Under the pieces are notes generated by a model that saw nothing but the letters and a program-made list of their open reading frames with translations, was not told where the DNA came from and searched no databases. Below are positions 1 through 13,900 of a stretch of 64,000 nt of DNA, one piece after another (within the stretch, counting starts at the first letter, position 1; each line of letters opens with the position of its first letter). The stretch is from assembly GCF_009914755.1 (NCBI RefSeq), contig NC_060937.1. One strand, 5' to 3'. Made by a program: the position numbers and the translations under genes. Origin of the DNA: the human T2T-CHM13v2.0 reference genome, Homo sapiens.

Positions 1-330
1 TGTACATAAAATATGAAAGTACATGAAATATATATTTTATTCTCTATATAAAATTTCAAAGTATACCAAATATATATTCTATACTGTACATAAAATATCA
101 AGGTACCCAAACTATACCTTATATACTGTACATAAAATATGAAATTACATCAAATATATATTATATTAGGTTCATAAAATATGAAAGTACATCAAATAAA
201 GATTATATACTGTACATAAAATATCAAAGTACCCAAATATGTATCATATACTGTACATGAAATACCAAAGTTCACAAACTATATATTATATACTGTACAT
301 AAAATATCAAAGTACCCAAACTATACATTA
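1..330 (+). repeat. Tail of a 14-mer-type unit (D-E-F'-G-H-J-A-F)
   Basis: Carries 14-mer-domain markers: 'caaggtaccc' F' (~98-107), a 41-bp J monomer with 'tatcatatactg' (~242-253) and an A-to-F junction (~297). Confidence 0.7.
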
Positions 331-3300
331 TATACTGTACATAAAATATCAAAGTACCGAAAGCATGTGTTATATTCTGTACATAAAATATGAAAGTACA
401 TCAAATATATATTTTATTCTGTATAAAAAATATCAAAGTACACCAAGTATATATTCTATAGTGTACATAAAATATCAAAGTACCCAAACTATACATTATA
501 TACTATACATAAAATTTGAAATTACATCAAATATATATTATATTAGGCACATAAAATATGAAAGTACATCAAATATAGATTATATACTGTACATAAAATA
601 CCAAAGTACCCCAAATATATATTTTACACTGTACATGAAATATCAAAGTTCACAAACTATATATTATATACTGTACATAAAATATCAAAGTACCCAATGT
701 ATATATTCTATACTGTACAAAATATATCAAAGTACCAAAAGCATGTATTATATACGGTACTTAAAATATGAAAGAACATCAAATATATATTTTATTCTGT
801 ACATAAAATATCAAAGTACACCAAATATATATTCCATACTGTACATAAAAAATCAAAGTACCCAAACTATACATTATATACTGTACATAAAAGATGAAAT
901 TACATCAAAAAAATATTATATTAGGTACATAAAATATGAAAGTACATCAAATATAGATTATATACTGTACATAAAATATCAAAGTACCCCAAATATATAT
1001 TTTATACAGTACATGAAATATCAAAGTTCACAAACTATATATTATATACTGTACATAAAATATCAAAGTACCCAATGTATATATTCTATACTGTAAAAAA
1101 TATAACAAAGTACCCAAAGCATGTATTATATACTATACATAAAATATGAAAGTACATGAAATATATATTTCATTCTGTACATAAAATATTAAAGTACACC
1201 AAATATATATTCTATACTGTACATAAAATATCAAAGTACACAAACTATACATTATATACTGTACATAAAAGATGAAATTACATCAAAAATATATTATATT
1301 AGGTACATAAAATATGAAAGTACATCAAATATAGATTATATACCTTACATAAAATATAAAAGTACCCCAAATATATATTATATACTGTACATGAATTATC
1401 AAAGTTCACAAACTATATATTATATACTGTACACAAAATATCAAAGTATCCAAGGTATATATTCTATACTGTACAAAAAATATCAAAGTACCCAAATCAT
1501 GTATTATATACTGTACATAAAATATGAAAGTAAATCAAATATATATTTTATTCTGTACTTAAAATATCAAAGTACACCAGATATATATTTTATTGTGTAC
1601 ATAAAATATCAAAGTACCCAAACTATACATTATATACTGTACATAAAATATGAAATTACATCAAATATATATTATATTAGGTACATAAAATATGAAAGTA
1701 CATCAAATATAGATTATATACTGTATATAAAATATCAAAGTACCCCAAATATATATTATATACTGTACATGAAATATCAAAGAACCCAAGGTATATATTC
1801 TATACTGTAGAAAAAATATCAAAGTACCAAAAGCATGTATTATATACTGTACATAAAATATGAAAATACATCAAATATATATTTTATTATGTACAAAAAA
1901 TATCAAAGTACACCAGATATATATTTTATAGTGTACATAAAATATCAAAGTACCCAAAGTATACATCATATACTGTACATAAAATATGAAATTACATCAA
2001 ATATATATTATATTTGGTACGTAAAATATGAAATTACATCAAATATAGATTATATACTGTACATAAAATATCAAAGTACCCCAAATATATATTATATACT
2101 GTACATGAAATATCAAAGTTCACAAACTATATATTATATACTGTACATAAAATATCAAAGTACCCAATGTATATATTCTATACTGTACAAAAAATATCAA
2201 AGTACCCAAAGCATGTATTATATACTGTACATAAAATATGAAAGTACATCAAATATATATTTTATTCTGAACATAAAATATGAAAGTACAACAGATATAT
2301 ATTTTATAGTGTAGATAAAATATCAAAGTACTCAAACTATACATTATATACTGTACATAAAATATGAAATTACATCAAATATATATTATATTAGGTACAT
2401 AAAATATGAAAGTACATCAAATATAGATTATATACTGTACATAAAATATCAAAGTACCCCAAATATATATTATATACTCTACATGAAATATCAAACTTCA
2501 GAATCTATATATTATATACTGTAGAGAAAATATTAAGGTACCCAACGTATATATTCTATACTGTACAAAAAATATCAAAGTATGCAAAGCATGTATTATA
2601 TACTGTACATAAAATATGAAAGTACATCAAATATATATTTTATTCTGTACATAAAATATCAAAGTACACCAGATATATATTTTATCGTGTACATAAAATA
2701 TCAAAGTACCCAAACTATACATTATATACTGTACATAAAATATGAAATTACATCAAATATATATTATATTAGGTACATAAAATATGAAAGTAGATCAAAT
2801 ATAGATTATTAACTGTACATAAAATATCAAAGAACCCCAAATATATATTATATACTGTACATGAAATATCAAACTTCACAAACTATATATTATATAATGT
2901 ACATAAAATATCAAATTACCGAAGGTATATATTCTATACTGTACAAAAAATATCAAAGTACCCAAAGCATGTATTATATACTGTACATAAAATATGAAAG
3001 TACATCAAATATATATTTTATTCTGTACATATAATATCAAAGTACACCAGATATATATTTTATAGTGTACATAAAATATCAAAGTACCCAAACTATACAT
3101 TATATACTCCACATAAAATATGAAATTACATCAAATATATATTATATTAGGTACATAAAATATGAAAGTACATCAATTATAGATTATATACTGTACATAA
3201 AATATAAAAGAACCCCAAATATATATTATATACTGTACTTGAAATATCAAACTTCACAAACTATATATTATATACTGTACATAAAATATTAAAGTACCCA
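330..3300 (+). repeat. Canonical 378-bp 9-mer HOR tract (A-B-C-D-E-F-G-H-I), relatively diverged
   Basis: A monomers ('catgaaatatcaaagttcac') at ~633, 1011 and 1389, spaced 378 bp apart. Many private substitutions. One 8-mer near 1767-1808. Confidence 0.85.
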
Positions 3301-4955
3301 AGGTATATATTCTATACTGTACAAAAAATATCAAAGTACAAGACGCATGTATTATATACTGTACATAAAATATGAAAGTACATCAAATATATATTTTATT
3401 CTGTACATAAAATATCAAAGTACACCAAATATATATTCTATACTGTACATAAAATATCAAGGTACCCAACCTATACATTATATACTGTACATAAAATATG
3501 AAATTACATCAAATATATATTATATTAGGTACATAAAATATGAAAGTACATCAAATATAGATTATATACTGTACATAAAATATCAAAGTACCCAAATATT
3601 TATCATATACTGTACATGTAATATCAAGTTACCCAAACTATACATTACATACTGTACATAAAATATGAAATTACATCAAATATATATTATATTAGGTACA
3701 TAAAATATGAAATTACATCAAATATATATTAAATTAGGTATGTAAAATATGAAAGTACATCAAATATAGATTATATACTGTACATAAAATACCAAAGTAC
3801 CCCAAATATATATTTTATACTGTACATGAAATATCAAAGTTCTCAAACTCTATATTATATATTGCACATAAAATATCAAAGTACCCAAGGTATATATTCC
3901 ATACTGTACATAAAATATCAAAGTACCCAAACCATATATTATATGCTGTACATAAAATATGAAAGTATATCAAATATATATTTTATTCTGTACATAAAAT
4001 ATCAAAGTACACCAAATATATATTCTATACTGTACATAAAATATCAAGGTACCCAAACTATACATTATATACTGTACATAAAATATGAAATTACATCAAA
4101 TATATATTATATTAGGTACATAAAATATGAAAGTACATCAAATATAGATTCTATACTGTACATAAAATATCAAAGTACCCAAATATATATCATATACTGT
4201 ACATGAAATATCAAAGTTCACAAACTATACGTTATATACTGTACATGAAATATGAAATTACATCAAATATATATTTTATTAGGTATGTAAAATATGAAAG
4301 TTCATCAAATATAGATTATATACTGTACATAAAATACCAAAGTACCCCAAATATATATTTTATACTGTACATGAAATATCAAGGTACCCAAACTATACAT
4401 TATATACTGTACATAAAATATGAAATTACATCAAATTGAGATTATATTAGGTACATAAAATATGAAATTACATCAAATATATATTATATTAGGTATGTAA
4501 AATATGAAAGTACATCAAATATAGATTATATACTGTACATAAAATTCCAAAGTACCCCAAATATATATTTTATACTGTACATGAAATATCAATGTTCTCA
4601 AACTATATATTATATACTGCACATAAAATATCAAAGTACCCAAGCTATATATTCCATACTGTACAAAAAATATCAAAGTACCCAAAGCATATATTATATG
4701 CTACACATAAAATATGAAAGTACATCAAATATATATTTTATTCTGTACATAAAATATCAAAGTACACCAAATATATATTCTATACTGTACATAAAATATC
4801 AAGGTACCCAAACTATACATTATATTCTGTACGTAAAATATGAAATTACATCAAATATATATTATATTAGGTACATAAAATATGAAAGTACATCAAATAT
4901 AGATTATATACTGTACATAAAATATCAAAGTACCCAAATATATATCATATACTGT
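3300..4955 (+). repeat. Scrambled transition zone between the 9-mer and 14-mer domains
   Basis: 14-mer markers appear (ggtaccc, taggtatgta, gttctc, tgcacat, ttccat, 41-bp J) but in irregular order, including G-G doublets (~3656-3739, ~4411-4494) and truncated units. Confidence 0.75.
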
Positions 4956-7900
4956 ACATGAAATATCAAAGTTCAAAAACTATATATTATATACTGTACA
5001 TAAAATATCAAAGTACCCAAACTATACATTATATACTGTACATAAAATATGAAATTGCATCAAATATATATTATATTAGGTATGTAAAATATGAAAGTAC
5101 ATCCAATATAGATTATATACTGTACATAAAATACCAAAGTACCCCAAATATATATTTTATACTGTACATGAAATATCAAAGTACTCAAACTATATATTAT
5201 ATACTGCACATAAAATATCAAAGTACCCAAGGTATATATTCCATACTGTACAAAAAATATCAAAGTACCCAAAGCATATATTATATGCTGTACATAAAAT
5301 ATGAAAGTACATGAAATATATATTTTATTCTCTACATAAAATATCAAAGTACACCAAATATATATTCTATACTGTAAATAAAATATCAAGGTACCCAAAC
5401 TATACATTATATACTGTACATAAAATATGAAATTACATCAAATATATATTATATTAGGTACATAAAATATGAAAGTACATCAAATATAGATTATATACTG
5501 TACATAAAATATCAAAGTACCCAAATATATATCATATACTGTACATGAAATATCAAAGTTCACAAACTATATATTATATACTGTACATAAAATATCAAAG
5601 TACCCAAACAATACATTATATACTGTACATAAAATCTGAAATTCCATCAAATATATATTATATTAGGTATGTAAAATATGAAAGTACATCAAATATAGAT
5701 TATATACTGTACATAAAATACCAAAGTACCCCAAATATATATTTTATACTGTACATGAAATATCAAAGCTCTCAAAATATATATTATATACTGCACATAA
5801 AATATCAAAGTACCCAAGGTATATATTCCATACTGTACAAAAAATATCAAAGTACCCAATGCATATATTATATGCTGTACATAAAATATGAAAGTACATC
5901 AAATATATATTTTATTCTGTACATAAAATATCAAAGTACACCAAATAAATATTCTAAACTGCACATAAAATATAAAGGTACCCAAACTATACATTATATA
6001 CTGTACATAAAATATGAAATTACATCAAATATATATTATATTAGGTACATAAAATATGAAAGTACATCAAATATAGATTATATACTGTACATAAAATATC
6101 AAAGTACCCAAATATATATCATATACTGTACATGAAATATCAAAGTTCACAAACTATATATTATATACTGTACATAAAATATCAAAGTACCCAAACTATA
6201 CATTATATACTGTACATAAAATATGAAATTACATCAAATATATATTTTATTAGGTATGTAAAATATGAAAGTACATCAAATATAGATTATATACTGTACA
6301 TAAAATACCAAAGTACCCCAAATATATATTTTATACTGTACATGAAATATCAAAGTTCTCAAACTATATATTATATACTGCACATAAAATATCAAAGTAC
6401 CCAAGTTATATATTCCATACTGTACAAAAAATATCAAAGTACCCAAAGCATATATTATATTCTGTACATAAAATATGAAATTACATCAAATATATATTTT
6501 ATTCTGTACATAAAATTTCAAAGTACACCAAATATATATTCTATACTGTACATAAAATATCAAGGTACCCAAACTATACATTATATACTGTACATAAAAT
6601 ATGAAATTACATCAAATATATATTATATTAGGTACATAAAATATGAAAGTACATCAAATATAGATTATATACTGTACATAAAATATCAAAGTACCCAAAT
6701 ATATATCATATACTGTGCATGAAATATCAAAGTTCACAAACTATATATTATATACTGTACATAAAATATCAAAGTACCCAAACTATACATTATATACTGT
6801 ACATAAAATATGAAATTACATCAAATATATATTTTATTAGGTATGTAAAATATGAAAGTACATCAAATATAGATTATATACTGTACATAAAATACCAAAG
6901 TACCCCAAATATATATTTTATACTGTACATGAAATATCAAAGTTCTCAAACTATATATTATATACTGCACATAAAATATCAAAGTACCCAAGGTATATAT
7001 TCCATACTGTACAAAAATTATCAAAGTACCCAAAGCATATATTATATGCTGTACATAAAATATGAAAGTACATCAAGTATATATTTTATTCTGTACATAA
7101 AATATCAAAGTACACCAAATATATACTCTATACTGTACATAAAATATCAAGGTACCCAAACTATACATTATATACTGTACATAAGATATGAAATTACATC
7201 AAATATATATTATATTAGGTATGTAAAATATGAAAGTACATCAAATATAGATTATATACTGTACATAAAATATCAAAGTACCCAAATATATATCATATAC
7301 TGTACATGAAATATCAAAGTTCACAAACTATATATTATATACTGTACATAAAATATCAAAGTACCCAAACTATACATTATATACTGTACATAAAATATGA
7401 AATTACATCAAATATATATTTTATTAGGTATGTAAAATATGAAAGTACATCAAATATAGATTATATACTGTACATAAAATACCAAAGTACCCCAAATATA
7501 TATTTTATACTGTACATGAAATATCAAAGTTCTCAAACTATATATTATATACTGCACATAAAATATCAAAGTACCCAAGCTATATATTCCATAATGTACA
7601 AAAAATATCAAAGTACCCAAAGCATATATTATATGCTGTACATAAAATATGAAAGTACATCAAGTATATATTTTATTCTGTACATAAAATATCAAAGTAC
7701 ACCAAGTATATATTCTATACTGTACATAAAATATCAAGGTACCCAAACTATACATTATATACTGTATATAAGATATGAAATTACATCAAATATAGATTAT
7801 ATTATGTACGTAAAATATGAAAGTACATCAAATATAGCTTATATACTGTACATAAAATATCAAAGTACCCAAATATATATCATATACTGTACATGAAATA

Positions 7901-10900
7901 TCAAAGTTCACACACTATATATTATATACTGTACATAAAATATCAAAGTACCCAAACTATACATTATATACTGTACATAAAATATGAAATTACATCAAAT
8001 ATATATTTTATTAGGTATGTAAAATATGAAAGTACATCAAATATAGATTATATACTGTACATAAAATACCAAAGTACCCCAAATATATATTTTATACTGT
8101 ACATGAAATATCAAAGTTCTCAAACTATATATTATATACTGCACATAAAATATCAAAGTACCCAAGGTATATATTCCATACTGTACAAAAAATATCAAAG
8201 TACCCAAAGCATATATTATATGCTGTACATAAAATATGAAAGTACATCAAGTATATATTTTATTCTGTACATAAAATATCAAAGTACACCAAGTATATAT
8301 TCTATACTGTACATAAAATATCAAGGTACCCAAACTATACATTATATACTGTATATAAGATATGAAATTACATCAAATATATATTATATTATGTACGTAA
8401 AATATGAAAGTACATCAAATATAGCTTATATACTGTACATAAAATATCAAAGTACCCAAATATATATCATATACTGTACATAAAATATCAAAGTTCACAC
8501 ACTATATATTATATACTGTACATAAAATATCAAAGTACCCAAACTATACATTATATACTGTACATAAAATATGAAATTACATCAAATATATATTTTATTA
8601 GGTATGTAAAATATGAAAGTACATCAAATATAGATTATATACTGTACATAAAATACCAAAGTACCCCAAATATATATTTTATACTGTACATGAAATATCA
8701 AAGTTCTCAAACTATATATTATATACTGCACATAAAATATCAAAGTACCCAAGGTATATATTCCATACTGTACAAAAAATATCAAAGTACCCAAAGCATA
8801 TATTATATGCTGTACATAAAATATGAAAGTAAATGAAATATATATTTTATTCTCTACATAAAATATCAAAGTACACCAAATATATATTCTATACTGTACA
8901 TAAAATGTCAAGTTACCCAAAGTATACATTATATACTGTACATAAAATATGAAATTACATCAAATATATATTATATTAGGTACATAAAATATGAAAGTAC
9001 ATCAAATATAGATTATATACTGTACATAAAATATCAAAGTACCCAAATATATATCATATACTGTACATGAAATATCAAAGTTCACAAACTATATATTATA
9101 TACTGTACATAAAATATCAAAGTACCCAAACTATACATTACATACTGTACATAAAATATGAAATTACATCAAATATATATTTTATTAGGTATGTAAAATA
9201 TGAAAGTACATCAAATATAGATTATATACTGTACATAAAATACCAAAGTACCACAAATATATATTTTATACTGTACATGAAATATCAAAGTTCTCAAACT
9301 CTATATTATATACTGCACATAAAATATCAAAGTACCCAAGGTATATATTCCATACTGTACAAAAAATATCAAAGTACCCAAAGAATATATTATATGCTGT
9401 ACATAAAATATGAAAGTACATGAAATATATATTTTATTCTATACATAAAATATCAAAGTACACCAAATATATATTCTATACTGTACATAAAATATCAAGG
9501 TACCCAAACTATACATTATATACTGTACATAAAATATGAAATTACATCAAATATATATTATATTAGGTACATAAAATATGAAAGTACATCAAATATAGAT
9601 TCTATACTGTACATAAAATATCAAAGTACCCAAATATATATCATATACTGTACATGAAATATCAAAGTTCACAAACTATATATTATATACCGTACATAAA
9701 ATATCAAAGTACCCAAACTATACATTATATTCTGTACTTAAAATATGAAATTACATCAAATATATTTTATTAGGTACGTAAAATATGAAAGTACATCAAA
9801 TATAGATTATATACTGTACACAAAATACAAAAGTACCCCAAATATATATTTAATACTGTACATGAAATATCAAAGTTCACAAACTATATATTATATACCG
9901 TACATAAAATATCAAAGTACCCAAACTATACATTATATACTGTACATAAAATATGAAATTACATCAAATATATATTATATTAGGTATGTAAAATAGGAAA
10001 GTACATCAAATATAGATTATATACTGTACATAAAATACCAAAGTACCCCAAATATATATTTAATACTGTACATGAAATATCAAAGTTCTCAAACTATATA
10101 TTATATACTGCACATAAAATATCAAAGTACCCAAGGTATATATTCCATACTGTACAAAAAATATCAAAGTACCCAAAGCATATATTATATGCTGTACATA
10201 AAATATGAAAGTACATCAAATATATATTTTATTCTGTACATAAAATATCAAAGTACACCAAATATATATTCTATACTTTACATAAAATATCAAGGTACCC
10301 AAACTATACATTATATACTGTACATAAAATATGAAATTACATCAAATATATATTATATTAGGTACATAAAATATGAAAGTACATCAAATATAGATTATAT
10401 ACTGTACATAAAATATCAAACTACCCAAATATATATCATATACTGTACATGAAATATCAAGGTACCCAAACTATACATTATATACTGTACATAAAATATG
10501 AAATTACATCAAATATATATTATATTAGGTACATAAAATATGAAAGTACATCAAATATAGATTATATACTGTACATAAAATATCAAAGTACCCAAATATA
10601 TATCATATACTGTACATGAAATATCAAAGTTCACACACTATATATTATATACTGTACATAAAATGTCAAGTTACCCAAAGTATACATTATATACTGTACA
10701 TAAAATATGAAATTACATCAAATATATATTATATTAGGTACATAAAATATGAAAGTACATCAAATATAGATTATATACTGTACATAAAATATCAAAGTAC
10801 CCAAATATATATCATATACTGTACATGAAATATCAAAGTTCACAAACTATATATTATATACTGTACATAAAATATCAAAGTACCCAAACTATACATTATA

Positions 10901-13900
10901 TACTGTACATAAAATATGAAATTACATCAAATATATATTTTATTAGGTATGTAAAATATGAACGTACATCAAATATAGATTATATACTGTACATAAAATA
11001 CCAAAGTACCCCAAAAATATATTTTATACTGTACATGAAATATCAAAGTTCTCAAACTATATATTATATACTGCACATAAAATATCAAAGTACCCAAGCT
11101 ATATATTCCATACTGTACAAAAAATATCAAAGTACCCAAAGCATATATTATATGCTGTACATAAAATATGAAAGTACATCAAATATATATTTTATTCTGT
11201 ACATAAAATATCAAAGTGCACCAAATATATATTCTATACTGTACATAAAATATCAAGGTACCCAAACTATACATTATATACTGTACATAAAATATGAAAT
11301 TACATCAAATATATATTATATTAGGTACATAAAATATGAAAGTACATCAAATATAGATTATATACTGTACATAAAATATCAAAGTACCCAAATATATATC
11401 ATATACTGTACATGAAATATCAAAGTTCACAAACTATATATTATATACTGTACATAAAATATCAAAGTACCCAAAGTATACATTATATACTGTACATAAA
11501 ATATGAAATTACATCAAATATATATTATATTAGGTATGTAAAATATGAAAGTACATCAAATATAGATTATATACTGTACATAAAATACCAAAGTACCCCA
11601 AATATATATTTTATACTGTACATGAAATATCAAAGTTCTCAAAATATATATTATATACTGCACATAAAATATCAAAGTACCCAAGGTATATATTCCATAC
11701 TGTACAAAAAATATCAAAGTACCCAAAGCATATATTATATGCTGTACATAAAATATGAAAGTACATCAAATATATATTTTATTCTGTACATAAAATATCA
11801 AAGTACACCAAATACATATTCTAAACTGCACATAAAATATAAAGGTACCCAAACTATACATTATATACTGTACATAAAATATGAAATTACATCAAATATA
11901 TATTATATTAGGTACATAAAATATGAAAGTACATCAAATATAGATTATATACTGTACATAAAATATCAAAGTACCCAAATATATATCATATACTGTACAT
12001 GAAATATCAGTTCACAAACTATATATTATATACCGTACATAAAATATAAAAGTACCCAAACTATACATTATATACTGTACATAAAATATGAAATTACATC
12101 AAATATATATTTTATTAGGTATGTAAAATATGAAAGTACATCAAATATAGATTATATACTGTACATAAAATACCAAAGTACCCCAAATATATATTTTATA
12201 CTGTACATGAAATATCAAAGTTCTCAAACTATATATTATATACTGCACATAAAATATCAACGTACCCAAGGTATATATTCCATACTGTACAAAAAATATC
12301 AAAGTACCCAAAGCATATATTATATTCTGTACATAAAATATGAAAGTACATCAAATATATATTTTATTCTGTACATAAAATTTCAAAGTACACCAAATAT
12401 ATATTCTATACTGTACATAAAATATCAAGGTACCCAAACTATACATTATATACTGTACATAAAATATGAAATTACATCAAATATATATTATATTAGGTAC
12501 ATAAAATATGAAAGTACATCAAATATAGATTATATACTGTACATAAAATATCAAAGTACCCAAATATATATCATATACTGTACATGAAATATCAAAGTTC
12601 ACAAACTATATATTATATACTGTACATAAAATATCAAAGTACCCTAACTATACATTATATACTGTACATAAAATATGAAATTACATCAAATATATATTTT
12701 ATTAGGTATGTAAAATATGAAAGTACATCAAATATAGATTATATACTGTACATAAAATACCAAACTACCCCAAATATATATTTTATACTGTACATGAAAT
12801 ATCAAAGTTCTCAAACTATATATTATATACTGCACATAAAATATCAAAGTACCCAAGGTATATATTCCATACTGTACAAAAATTATCAAAGTACCCAAAG
12901 CATATATTATATGCTGTACATAAAATATGAAAGTACATCAAATATATATTTTATTCTGTACATAAAATATCAAAGTACACCAAATATATATTCTATACTG
13001 TACATAAAATATCAAGGTACCCAAACTATACATTATATACTGTACATAATATATGAAATTACATCAAATATATATTATATTAGGTACATAAAATATGAAA
13101 GTACATCAAATATAGATTATATACTGTACATAAAATATCAAAGTACCCAAATATATATCATATACTGTACATGAAATATCAAAGTTCACAAACTATATAT
13201 TATATACTGTACATAAAATATCAAAGTACCCAAACTATACATTATATACTGTACATAAAATCTGAAATTACATCAAATATATATTATATTAGGTATGTAA
13301 AATATGAAAGTACATCAAATATAGATTGTATACTGTACATAAAATACCAAAGTACCCCAAATATATATTTTATACTGTACATGAAATATCAAAGTTCTCA
13401 AACTATATATTATATACTGCACATAAAATATCAAAGTACCCAAGCTATATATTCCATACTGTACAAAAAATATCAAAGTACCCAAAGCATATATTATATG
13501 CTGTACATAAAATATGAAAGTACATCAAATATATATTTTATTCTGTACATAAAATATCAAAGTACACCAAATATATATTCTATACTGTACATAAAATATC
13601 AACGTACCCAAACTATACATTTTATACTGTACATAAAATATGAAATTACATCAAATATATATTATATTAGGTACATAAAATATGAAAGTACATCAAATAT
13701 AGATTATACACTGTACATAAAATATCAAAGTACCCAAATATATATCATATACTGTACATGAAATATCAAAGTTCACAAACTATATATTATATACTGTACA
13801 TAAAATATCAAAGTACCCAAACTATACATTATATACTGTACATAAAAGATGAAATTACATCAAATATATATTATATTAGGTATGTAAAATATGAGAGTAC

